Source: Pelomyxa schiedti (Eukaryota; Protista; Evosea). Taken from it: a DNA stretch of 64,000 bases. How positions within the stretch are numbered: the first letter of the stretch is position 1; each line of letters opens with the position of its first letter. A program made the position numbers and the translations under genes. Location: the NCBI GenBank assembly GCA_020536535.1, contig JAHLWZ010000171.1, forward strand, positions 1-64,000, written 5' to 3'. Positions 49,641 to 62,300 of the stretch are shown here, in pieces. The notes beneath the pieces are model-generated. The model saw nothing but the letters and a program-made list of their open reading frames with translations, was not told where the DNA came from and made no database searches.

Positions 49641-51000
49641 TCAGGTGTCCCCATGGGGTTCTGGGTTTTTATGTGACCTTTCAGCTTCATATCTTCTAAA
49701 AGCATCTGTACAGGAATCGGCAGTTGCACCTGGTAAGTTGGGTATCAAGTCAGTGGGCAGAGTGGAGATGTCAAAGTCATTGGGAAGCGGAAATTGGGGA
49801 GTTGAGCAAATGGTGATTCTATCTGCTGCCACATCAGTCATTGCAAAGAATCTCAATTCTGGACCGCCAGCAGTGGTTGCCACTGTTAGGGCGTTGCTTT
49901 CTACCTCTGGTGGTTGTGTGGGTGTTGGTGACTCGATTATTAGGCCTCCCTGCAGGATTCCATCTTTCCAGAACCACACCATACATTTACTGATTGTGGA
50001 GCCTTCTGTGTTGATTGGATGTGCTTTGTTCAGCAAAACGCCGATTCTCGCTCCAGTTTTGTAGTATTGAGGCCAGCGTCCGTGTCCAGCATATGCAAGA
50101 TTGAAAACCGTTCCTCCAGCTGCAAAACCGGATCGGTAGTTGTTGTAGGACCACAAATGAGGGTTTCTAATAACATCGTACCTGTGGAGAGAATTGTGAG
50201 AGGGGAAGACTAAGGCACCACGTACCCAGTTACTTTGGCGGCAGCCTCTGCACTGTCTGTAATTCCCACCCACAGTTCATCATTAAAGTTCGTAACTGTC
50301 CAACCCAGGTTGTTGGGTTCATTTAACAAATACCAATATCACACATACGAAATTCAACAAAGGCCAAATCGGTATTAATTGGAAACGTAACTCCAAGACT
50401 TGCATCAGGTGAGTTACACTTCTTGACTATTACGTTGCTGCGCTTTGTAAGAAATGATTTTGAGAGAAAAAGGTCATTTACTGTCTAGGAAACGTCAAGT
50501 GGGCATTGTTATATTGTTCATCAAACTGTATTGCACCAACGAGATGCTTATACATTATATACCAATCCATCCCCTCTCTCTGTTTGACCAACGGCTGATG
50601 CCAGAAATCTCGACTATTTGGGTGTTTATTCCATTTGTCAGATAAAGTAAAGTCAGGAAACGATACAGATAGATGGTCCTCCACACATTCGTTGACATGA
50701 ACCAGTCATTCCACTCCTTGTTAATTTGAGGGTTCAGTGAAAAACAAAAAATATGTACAAAAAAAAAAAAAAAAAAACATTCACCTACCCTACACACACG
50801 CCTACATAGTGACACGGTGTGCGTACTGAGATATACAGCAACCTCCTCAGTCAAGGTTGCCATCACTCTCCTCACTAACTCGGTTAGTTGCAGGTCCACA
50901 ACTACTGCTTCAGCCTCATGTGCAGGCTCCGAGGCCTGCCGAGTACAGTCAAAATCTGTCCCATCATCGCCGTCGGCACTGATGTGGAGAAGAGTGTGAG
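49641..51000 (-). CDS. F-box protein with C-terminal SPRY-like domain; start unresolved
   Basis: EVAVYLSTHTVSLCRRVCR-EWNDW..NVWR (F-box); GARIGVLLN..VWFWKDGILQG (SPRY-like). Confidence 0.55.
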
Positions 51001-51239
51001 AAGAAAACCTTGGCGACAGAATCCCTCCCCCATCGGAACAACGCCGAAGCTAGACTCCGCATTGTGGGAGTGAACAGTTGACAATCTACAGATGCTGCTC
51101 GCGGGCGATTCGAACCACGCTCCAGACTATTCTCGTTATCCCTGGCGTCTAGACTCGCAAAAAAAAAAAAAATAAAGTCCTCCAGAGGTCGATTCGGAAA
51201 GAAAGGGAAACAGCAAACAAAAAAAAAAAAATAAACGGA

Positions 51240-52047
51240 ATGGGTAACTTCATCACTACGATCTTGTACGAGTCGCCCTACCTGTGGGCGTTTACGTCCG
51301 TTGCTCTGTGTATGGCTCTGTCCGTTGTTGGTTCTGCTTGGTGAGTGCGCGAGAAGGAAACACTCAAAAAACACACAAAAAAAAACACCACAAAATCGAA
51401 TTGTTGTGCATTTGCTTCTCTCAATCTCTTCTCTCTATCGTTGTCTCTTTGGTTGATAGGGAAATATTTATCGCCGATTGAGAAAATGACAGGGGTATTT
51501 GGACAATTGGAGCGTCTACTTTGGGTGTTTCTATCCACAAGGGGAGACTAGAAACACGGAACTTGGTGAGGTGAATTTTTTTTATTATTATTTAGTTTTT
51601 ACGAATGGGGCTGGGTTATTTGTGGGTAAGGCACTTTCTAACGAACATAAACGGAAACAACAGCGTGCTGTTTTGTGAGGCTTTGTCTATCTATGGGATT
51701 ATTGTCTCCATCATCATGACAACTAAGGCACAGTCACAAACATGCGACCCTATTTCTGCTGGTGATTATCTCGTAGGATACCAGCTAATGGCTGCTGGCC
51801 TAATCTCTGGGTGTGGAAATCTTTTTGCTGGGTACATTTCCTTTACCATAGACCTCACTTAATAACAAAATGCAGACTCACTTTAGGGATTGTGGGGAAA
51901 GGAATGGCAGTGTGTGCAGCTGCTGTCTCATCTCTTTTTGTCAAAATGCTGATTGTGCTGATTTTTGCCGAAGTTCTAGGGTTGTATGGCATGATTGTGG
52001 CATTGATCCTTGCCAAAGATGAATTTGGCATAGTGTGTTCAGTTTGA
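51240..52047 (+). CDS. V-ATPase V0 proteolipid (c''/VMA16-like N-half, c-like last helix)
   Basis: SPYLWA..ALSVVGSAWGI; RNLVSVLFCEALSIYGII; LFVKMLIVLIFAEVLGLYGMIVALIL. Confidence 0.9.
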
Positions 52048-52088
52048 AAAAAAAAAGAACCTGTAGCAAATGGTTTTTTTAACCTATT

Positions 52089-53234
52089 TTATCCACCCAA
52101 CACTGCTTCACTTTCCAAAAGCATTATGTTGTGAATTTTTGTTTGGGCCAAAATTTCCTGGTGGGAGCCCAACAGTGCCTGCATCCCTGTTTGGGACAAA
52201 AATACACCAAAGAAGGCCCCACAGTGTTTTCTAGCCAATTCAAGCTGAAGTGTTATGTGTGCCTGGATGGTAGCCAAATCTGAGGAGTACACAGTTGTGT
52301 ACCACAGGCTCCCAGCAACTTTTCTACATAGATAGCCAGTGGATAAAGATGTTTCACTGGTCAGAAACACAGTTTTGTCGTGGTCCTCTAATTCCCTGAG
52401 TCGTTCAAGGCTTACAATTTCAGATTTCCAGTCGTCGATAATGTGGTACACAGGGAACATTCCTGGGCCATTTACAATTGCTTTGTTGGTGGTGATGAGT
52501 GCGTGAACAGCCTCTGCTGTGCAGGGGTGGATTTGTCCCATAACTGTTGGGGAAGCCTCTGCTGTAACACGGGAAAAAGCTAGCTCGGCTTGGGATAAAG
52601 GCACCACCTGAGTCACTGAGCAGAGTACGAATTGTGGTGCAAGACCCAACTTGGATAGAACGTGGAATGATGCCGTGTTATTTGACTCCACAGTAGCCCG
52701 ATATCTTTTCACATCTGGAAAAAAGGTATGAGAAAACGGGTAGGAAGAAGCAAAGCGGAACTTGGGCCAAATTGCCGCTGTGATACAATAGACTGTATGA
52801 AGTCCACAAGAGCTTTTCCCACGCCTCTCCCCTGAAAGTCTACATTCACAATATAGAAGCCATAAGGCACAAGAACAAAGATGCCTCAGAATGAAAGTCA
52901 CAAACCAGGGTGGGTCCTGAGTCCCTTTATCATAATTGTTTGCTGTCCAGGATCCACAAGTTGGCCGCCACACATTCCCACAATATCTCCAGGGGGTTCC
53001 AAAAAAGCACCAACAAGTAACATTTTGTTCCTTCCTGTGTCACCATATTAATCCCCACGCATCTTTGCTTTGGGTTTAAAAAAAAAAGGAAAAGAAACAA
53101 GTACTGTGCAAATCAAACCAGTAATGAAGGACACAAGGCAAATAGTCCATTCCGTTCCACATCCCTGGTGGACTCAGTCTTCTTATTGTTTTCTCGATGT
53201 CCCCTTCATCTAGTAGCCTACAGCGCACAGCCAT
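52089..53234 (-). CDS. GNAT-family N-acetyltransferase (NAT16-like)
   Basis: WNGMDYLP..W; IKGLRTHP; RRGK; ATVESNNTASFHVLSKLG. Confidence 0.65.
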
Positions 53235-53354
53235 TTTCGGTTTTGATTTCAGATAGAGTGAATTTTTAGTCGATAAACGGAAGAAAGTAAAAAAAAAAAT
53301 TTTTTTTTTAGCTTGATACAGAAGGTCCAGTTTACGAAAACAAAAAAAACAAAA

Positions 53355-56300
53355 CTACAAGATGGAGCACCAGCAGGGGAGATGTGATTGTCTGAATTGT
53401 TGTGTCTGTGGTGACTTGGTCTCTGGTGTGCAACATTGTGTGTTTGTGTCTGAGGCATAACAACTATTTACTCTGAGGCTGTTGCGTTCTGCGGTGCTGA
53501 TTCCTGTTGTCTCTGCTGTTGCTGTTCTGTGCCTGAGTCCAGAGTGTTGCTGCTGTTCCACAGAAGCGAATGACGCCTCGGTGTCGTCGTCGTCATCAGC
53601 GAGAGCTGTGCTGGGCTCATCAGGGTTGTCGAAAGTAATGTGGGTCGCCGGAGGCACCCCAGGCGGCGACGGGGCGCCCGGGAAGTCCTTGAACTCCGCC
53701 TTGATCGAGCGCAGGATCTGCGCCGCGCGGAGAAGCTCGGCCATGCTGTGGTGCGAGTTCACGTTGGTGCGGACCCGCGCGGAACCGGGCGGGACCGACC
53801 CCCCGCGCGAAACTATGGGAGTCGCGAACAGCCCGTTGTCGAGCATCCGGCGGGAGAAGGCCACGCAGGTCTCGTCGTTGCCGATGAGGATGGGCACGAT
53901 CGGCGTGCTGGTGCCGAAGGTCACGAAGCCCGCGTCCTCGAGCGCCTTCTTCCACGCCGCGGCCTTGTCCTGTATCATCTTGACGCGCCAGGGCTCCTCG
54001 CGGATTATTCGGAGCCCGGTTCTGGCGATGTGGCACTGCATGTCTGAAATGCCGGTGCTGAAGACGTAGGGCCGGGAGTTGTACACCAGCCAGTCGATCC
54101 CGTCCTTTGGGCCACAGACGTAGCCGCCAAGAGAGCATATGGCCTTGCTGAGGGTCCCTGACTTCCAGTGAGCTGCACCGAACATGTTGAAGTGCTCTTC
54201 GATTCCGCGGCCTGTGGCCCCAAGTACTCCCATAGAGTGTGCTTCGTCAAGTACAAGCACGCAGTCGTACTTTCTGGCGAGATTGTCAAGTACCGGGAGG
54301 TTCGCTATGTGACCCTCCATGCTGAACACGGCATCAGTGACAATAACTTTTCCTGCGTTTTGGGGAGTATCTTGCAACAAAGACTCCAAATGTACATAAT
54401 CCATGTGTTTGAAAGGGACTATACTGGCACCTGAAAGTCTACACCCATCATTGATTGATGCGTGGTTGAGGGCATCACTGAAGATATAATCTCCAGATTG
54501 TGCAACAGCTGAGAGAAGCGTTAGATTAGCAGTAAAGCCCGAAGGGGTGATAAGGGCAGCTTCACAGTGACAAAATTCTGCTATTTCACGCTGCAACTCA
54601 GCTTGTTCAGGCAGGATTCCTGCCTGAAGGGCACTTCCGAGTGAGCTTATAAGTGGTTTATCTTGGCTTGCTTTAATCATTCGCGGGTCATTGAATAATC
54701 CATGGTAGTTATTAGATTGAAGCAGGAGAGCGGTTTTTAGCTCGCCCTTGGTGCCAGGTGCATTTCTGAAGGTAACTTTATTGTTTTTGCCGTAGTGATC
54801 GATATCGAGGTGATGCATAACAATTCCAGCGGATCGCATCTTATTGAGCTCGGTAATAAATGTAGAAATACGACGCTTTTGGGGTGCCGGCCACTCAGAT
54901 AACACTCGGCGGCGAATTGCGCCCGGTGCACTGAGTGCGCCCATAGGAGCAGTGGAAACGGAGGCAGAGCTGGTGGCGGGAGCGGGGGTGGAAGTTAGGG
55001 TTGCAGTAGAAATAGAGCTGGTGGGGGTGACTATGGCTGTTGAGGAAGGTTTTTTGGGATTTTCTGAAGAAGTTTCTGCAATTTTAGGGACTTCCGTGCT
55101 TGCTGCCTTCGCTACGGTATCTGGGGCCGCTGCCTTTGCGGTGACTGTGGACTGTGGTGGACTGTCAACTGAAGGAACTTCTCCCCTCAAAGTGGAAATT
55201 TCCGCAGCGAGCTCTGCAATGGTGATTCCACTGAGGAGTTTCAGTGGTGAAATGCTCACACCAAGTTCAGACATAATCCAAGTGCGTAGGCTGGTTGCCA
55301 CAAGACTGTCAATGCCCTGGGATGCAAGAACCATGTCTTCTCCTATAGTCTGTTCATCTATGCCAAGAGTCTTCGCCAGCCGAGCTTTCAATAGTGAGAA
55401 GACTGACGAATCACCAGAAACGGGCTTCTGGGTGGTTTCGTCCACAAAAGTATTTTCAGAGAAGCGAGCCAAATTTAGGGTTCCTTTATTACTTGGATAA
55501 AATGCATTCATATCTATCGAGAAAACGGAAACTGCAGAATCCGATTCCTTTCGAGAAAGAAGGGTATAGAGACAGGCGAGAGATTGCTTTGCTGGGACTT
55601 GATTAACGCCATCAGCAGCAAGAGTCATTGCCATCCAAGGAGATGTTGTCAAAACTCCTGTTTCTCCAATTGCTCCCCATTGAATGGATAAGGCAGGTAA
55701 CCCAAGGTAATGTCTGTACTGTACGAATTTATCCATAAAATAGTTACCAGCAACGTAGGGTGTTTGCCCTCCCCTTCCAAAGAGAGATGAAATTGACGAG
55801 AACATTACGAATTGCTTCACTGGGTGTGAGAGGGTAACTTTGTGTAAATTCCACGCGCCAAGAAGTTTTGGTAAGCAAACGCGAGAAAATTTCTCACTTG
55901 TAAGGTTATAGAGGGAGCAATCACCGTGAGTAGTAGCACAGTGATAAACACCTTCTATTCTCGGCATCTCACTCTCTACAACTTTAATTGCTGCCACAGC
56001 AGACTCATAGTTACAGACATCAAGAGATAAGCACAGAACTTTACAGCCATGGCGTTTTAGCCATTCAACTTCCTGAGCATCAGAAATTGTTTTCGGTTTA
56101 CCTTCACGGGAAGCTAGTACAATATTTTTTGCTCCGTGGTCATACAACCACTTTGCAGTTGCAAATCCAAATCCACTTAAACCACCAGAAATCAGGTATG
56201 AGGCATTAACATTGCATAACCAACTATGGCCACTGTGTAATGGATGAAGATCTTCTTTGGAAGGTGTGTTGAGAGTTACGGCTATTTTTCCGATATGATC

Positions 56301-59300
56301 TGGATTGCTAAACTGTTGCAAGGCATCTTGGATGTGTGAAGTGTCATACATTTTGACAGGCAAAACACCAGATAACTGGGATGCCAGTTTCAAGATTTCA
56401 GGGCCAAGTTCATAGAACACCTCTTTGTCTGGTATTCGAGATAATTCGACTATGTGGACAGATTGATTGTCAGAAAGTGTGTTGACTGGGAGTTGTTGTC
56501 CTGGGATGAGTTGAATAAACCTTCCATTACTGGCGAGCATTTGTACTGACTGTTCGGCTAGTGCTCCAGTATATGGATTCACTACTATATCTACACCTCT
56601 ACCGAAAGTAAGATCCATAACCTTTTGTGTCAGGCTAGGATCCTTTATCATAAAGACATTCTCCAAGCCTACAACCTGCTTGAGGTGATTCATCTTCGCT
56701 TCGGTGGAGGCAGTAGCTATCACTTGGAGACCGAGTGACCTAGCAAGATGAACAAACGCAAGTCCAACACCACCAGCTGCAGAATGAACCAAAATGAGCT
56801 CTCCTTTCCGTACCTTGGTGCAATGGAGCAGTGAATAAACAGCAGTCCACGATGGAATCATCACTACTGCGGCTTCTTCCGCCGAGAGAGTGGGTGGTTT
56901 TGGAAACACTGAATAGAAAGTTGATATCAAGTGGGAACAGAGGGTTCCCAGACGTGTCATAACAATAACCTCATCTCCAGGTTTGACATGTGTAACTGCA
57001 CTTCCAACACGCTTTACCACACCAGATCCCTCTAGACCAAGCTTGCCATATTTGTGCCAATGATCTGTTGCTCTTCCTACATCAAGCAATCCTTGAGAAA
57101 GAAGGAAGTCCTTGAAGTTGAGACCAGTGTATTTCATCTCTGTGCACACTTCAGTTGGGGCAAGTGCGCGACCAGCATCAAATTTCACAAATCTGATGTG
57201 CTTTGTTCCTTCATCAAGTTGCAACTCCCACCCTTCTTCTGTGACTGTTGGGACAGGTGGCAGTTCAAGGTGCTGAGCTTCGTCTTTCAAATCATAAAAA
57301 TTAACTCGTTCACAAAAGCGTTGATTCTTGTGAATACAAATTTCAGTCTCAACTGGAGCATTCCACCCAAAAAGTATCTCTGAAGAAATGTGAGCTGTAG
57401 ACTCTTGAATGTTAGCAGAAGGGTCAAGGTCTATCACCTTGACACACAGTGACGTTTCTGCACAAATCACACGTGCAACTCCCCAAACAGAAAATAAAGA
57501 CATTCCTGGGAAGTGACTCCTGGTTTGTTGGGGATCTTGAACGCCTTGGGTGATAACAACCACTCCGCATATTATATTAGCTTGGCCTAAAGCTGTGCAC
57601 ATATAGGCCAGATGGAGGGCACCGTCAAGTGAAGCTCTCTTCAGGTCTTCCTCAAGTGGTTCCTGTGTTGAATAGTAGGATGCGGGCCACAGGTCAATTA
57701 TGTGCTCAGTGGATTTTCCAACCGATTTAAACAGTTGAAGCCAATGCTCTTTGTTCAATGGATCTAGGGAGAGAACTGACCCAGTTTCTTCATATGTAGG
57801 ACCCGGCACAATCACAATAACTTCCCGATACTGTGGACGGAAGGAAGAAACAAGAGAGTGCGAAAGTGCACGGCAATTCTCACAAGATAGTACAAGGAGA
57901 GTTCCATTGTGTACTGTTGTTGCTGTGTCAAGGGGGATTTCCAGTGGTTTGGGAATCCATTTTTCAGTACCAAGAGAAATATTTGTTGCTTTATTGGTTA
58001 CACTGCTGAGGCATAGGTTTTTCACCGAAACCAGAGGTTTCCCTGTGATATCCATCAATATGGCATCTCCAACAAGTGATTTCTGAGGGACAAAGTCGCG
58101 GATCTTTGTGTGGCACCAGAAGGAAGAAAAGTTGCGTGCAGAAGACAGTGGTTTTTGTGCGAGAAAGGAGGCAAAGGCCAACTCTATTCCCTTTGACCCT
58201 CCATTATCAGAAACGACAGCAGAGAAGCCTGTCTTGTATAAACGTTGGGTCCATTCCTCTCTGCTTAGACAAACGTGATCCCTATCTTTTGGGTCGTTAG
58301 CCCACCATTGGTCAAAAAGACCAAACAGGAAGTTGAAGAAAACGGAGTCTTTTCTAGTTGGTTCTGTAAGAAGTAACACTCCCCCTGGGGAAAGGGCATC
58401 AAAAATTCTCGATAGCACAGGGCCCACTTCTGAAGCAACGTGGACGACAGCGAATGCTATGATTACATTTACCTCTCTAAGTTCGTCGGGGAAAGGTTTC
58501 GCAATATCAAGAGTACTACATTGCACAAAAGGTATATGCCCGAACATCTCTTTTGCACTGCTTACAAAGAAAGGTGAGACATCAGTAAAAATGTACTCCA
58601 CATCGCATCCATTTGTATAAGCTTCTTGGCAGAGTGGAAGGAATTGTTTTGTTGCTCCACCGGTACCACCACCAATTTCAAGAATTCTAATTCGCTTTCC
58701 GCACTGCAGTAATTTTCTCAATACCGGGAATGAGGTAGTATTAATGTTGCAGGTAACAGACTCAGAATAAAACTTGGAAAGTTTGTCATCCTCAAAGAGG
58801 GAGCCTGAATTGTTCAGAACGTGAACAACATTTTTTCCCACACTGTGGATGATTTCAGATTCTATGGTCATCACTTTGAAAGGGAACAAAGGTATATCAG
58901 GATTGGGCACAAAATCTGTAGAAATGCTCCTGTGCCAATTTATGTACTTCTGCTTACTTGGTGTCCAATTTGTGGTGCCTTCTACCGCTTTGCAAAAAAG
59001 AGCAGAATAATATTTACAGAGTAATATCAAATGAGGATTTTCTTGCAGAGCCATTACGAGTCTGTCTTCTTCAACTTTGTCATACTGTGGGGCAAAGTCA
59101 CCTTTTAATTCCACTTGAAAATCGAAATCCTTGCTTTGAATGGGACTTGGTTGAGAAAGTATTTCGAGCTCGCCCACAGATGCAGGAAGGAGGATATTGG
59201 AACCCCTAAGGTCAGGTACACTTAAGAGACCGCCGATAATGCACTGAAAGCAGCCGTCCAAAACAGTAGGATGAAGAGCGAAGTTTTCTGTAACTGACTC

Positions 59301-62300
59301 CAAAACACTGTGTCGAAAGGTCAGCTGACCCAGTGCTTCATTAAAGTTGGTATTGTTGATGAAAATTTTGGAAATTGGGGAAAATAGAGGCCCATAGTTG
59401 AGGCCCATTTCTGAAAATGCTTTGTAGACTGTTGAGTGTCCTTTTTGTAATTTGCATGCTGTCTTGAGGGCGGAAAGCTCGTCTGTTGACTCTTCAGATG
59501 GGGAACTGACTTCAATATTACATGAGGCACGCTTTGAAAGAGATTTCTCCGATTCAGCTTTAGTGTGAACTTCAAATCCCATGCGCTTTCCAGTTGGGTG
59601 ATAGTTTGTGACAATGCACTTGAACTCTACATAAGAGTCTGGGGATAAGATAACTGGGCTGTGAAAGACAAGATTTGCAACCCGAACTTGACTAGTCCTA
59701 AAGACTTCCCTTGCGGCAAGAGTGGCAAGTTCGGCGTAAAAAGCACCTGGGACTACAATGTCCTCTCCTGCACTGACCTTATGGTCAGATATCCAAGGGT
59801 ACAAGTTTAATGCAACAACGTTACTCCATGAGGGTATTGGGGAATCATCTCGCAGTCCCAACAAACTATGTGTTGCACTTAATCCCCGCCGGTATGTTGT
59901 GAAATGTTTTGGTTCGAAAATTTGAACTGTGTTTTGCCACACTGGCGAGTTAGGTACTTTTATCCACCTCATTTTGTCTTCTGGCTCGATACCAAGAAGC
60001 GGGTGCTTGGAAATATTGTCCCAGTTCAGATTTCCAATGCCGTTTACATAGAGAGTGGAAAGCGCTGATAAGATCACGTGGCGTTCAGGCTTGTTTCTCT
60101 CGATTGAATGCACAATAAAGGTAGGAGTTTTTGGCGTCGAGGCTGCAGTTGCTTCAAGGTATAGACTGAGAACAGGATGATTCGCCAGCTCTACAAACAC
60201 GTTGAATTTTTCCTCAAGAGCTGATAAAATCGCAGGGTAGAAAAGAACACTGCATCGAACATTTTTCCACCAGTAGTCTGGGCCTGGAGGATCGTGAAGG
60301 ACTTTTCCCAGGACAGTGGAGTACATAGGGATTTTTGGATGAGGAGCGGGGGCTAGAGTCTGTAACTCTTGAATTAATTGCTCTTTGATAGGCTCTGTTT
60401 GATAACTGTGGAAGGCATTTTGCACATGTAAAAATTTTGCAAACTGATCTTTTGCTTTCAGTGTTTTTTCAACAGATGCGAGTGCTGCAGGATCCCCTGC
60501 CAAAACAACAGAGTCAGCACTATTCACAGAAGCAATATCCACATTGGAAACACCAGTTATCAACTCTGCAGCTTTGGCTGCAGACATATTAATTGCCAGC
60601 ATTCTGCCCTTGCCACTTAAAGCCTGTTGTAGTCTAGATCTGACGCTGATTACAAGGACACCTTCCTCCAATGTCAAATAACCACAAGCAACAGCTGCAG
60701 CTACTTCGCCAACACTGTGACCAACCACAGCATCAGGAACTATCCCCCAGTGTCGCCAGAGGGAATTCAGGCCAATTTGAACAGCAAAGATCAATACTTG
60801 TGCAAACTGAGTCTGATTGACGCGTGACTCTGCTTCAGTTTTGTGCAGCTCTTCCACTACTGACCATCCCATCACCCTTTTGCCAATGACGTCAACTTTA
60901 GAAAGTGCATCATGAAAAATTGCGTCCTCAGCATACAGCTGCCTCCCCATAGCATACCATTGTGGTCCCTGGCCAGAAAACACAAATAAAACCTTGTTAT
61001 TTCTCTTCAGAAATTGAGCTGTGCCTGATTTCCAACCATCCTCTTGCGCTTTTGGATTTTGGATGAAACTTTCCAGGGATTGGCACATTTCAGAAGGATT
61101 TCTTCCAAGTACAACAAGACGTTGTGAGTAGTGATTTGATCGTTTCCCAGCAGAGTAAATAATATCTGATAAGGAAGCTTTGCTTGTAGAAAGAAAACTG
61201 TGCCACTTTTTTGCACATCCACTTAGAGCTGTGCTTGTGTGTGCGGATATCGGTAAACAATAAATCGGTTTTTCTCCAGGGATACTCTCCTCGGAGAAAG
61301 TGGGTGATGGTGGTGTCTGTAATGGTGGGATGTACTCCTCTATAACTGCAGTGGCATTGCTGCCACCAAAGCCAAATGAATTAACAACAGCTATCTTTCT
61401 TTTGGTCACTTTGCTCCACTGTTCTCCTTTCCAGGGGATTGCAAGGCTTCCAAGATTGAAATGGGGATCCAGTGGCACTAATCTTTGCGGGAATATTTCA
61501 TTATGCTGATTTTTGTTTTTGTTGGTTTAGTGAACAAAAAAGTCTAGGAGATTTCGGGAACCTGAATCATGAGAAGAACTTTTGTAAGACTTGCTAACCC
61601 TGCTGCTGCTTCAGTGTGTCCAATATTCGATTTGACTGATCCTATGAAACAGGGACCTCTGGTGCCAACAGCGTCTTCACTAAACACGCTCCTGAGAGTG
61701 TCAACCTCGATGGGATCACCTACTGGTGTTCCTGTGCCATGGGCTTCGATATATGTTACGTCTCTGGGATCAACATGGGCAACTTTGAGAGCCTGCTGCA
61801 AGACAGTTATTTGCCCCGTTGATGATGGGCGATTAATAAACTGCTTGCTACCGTCATGGTTATTGGCAGTGCCTGCTATGACACAATAAATATGGTCGCC
61901 ATTTGCCACAGCATCGGAGAGAGGCTTTTGGTGAAGTTGGTAAGGTTTTATTTATTTTGACTTATAATGGCGCTTCTTTTTCTCTACACTGTTTTAAATG
62001 CAGTATATAATTCTAAGTTTTGTGTTGTGTTGCGCTGCTTTTGAATTGCAGGGTGTATTAAAGTGTTTATGTTTAGGGACGCACTTTCAATAAGAAAGCC
62101 GAGCCACCTTCAGCCCTGACATATCCATCAGCGTTGGAGCCAAAAGTGTTGCACCTGCCAGAGGAAGTTGTCATTCCGGCCCTGGAGACTGCCAGAGAGA
62201 ACTGGGGCAGCAGAAGCTGGTTCGAAGCAGCCACCAAGGCCGAGGAGCACTCGCCCGCCCGCATGCTGCTGTACGCCAGGTGCAGCGCCACCAGGGAGCC

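Noticed and set aside
53482-55500. Plus-strand and alternate-frame ORFs within the PKS
   Set aside because: Shadows of GC-rich coding sequence with no recognisable motifs
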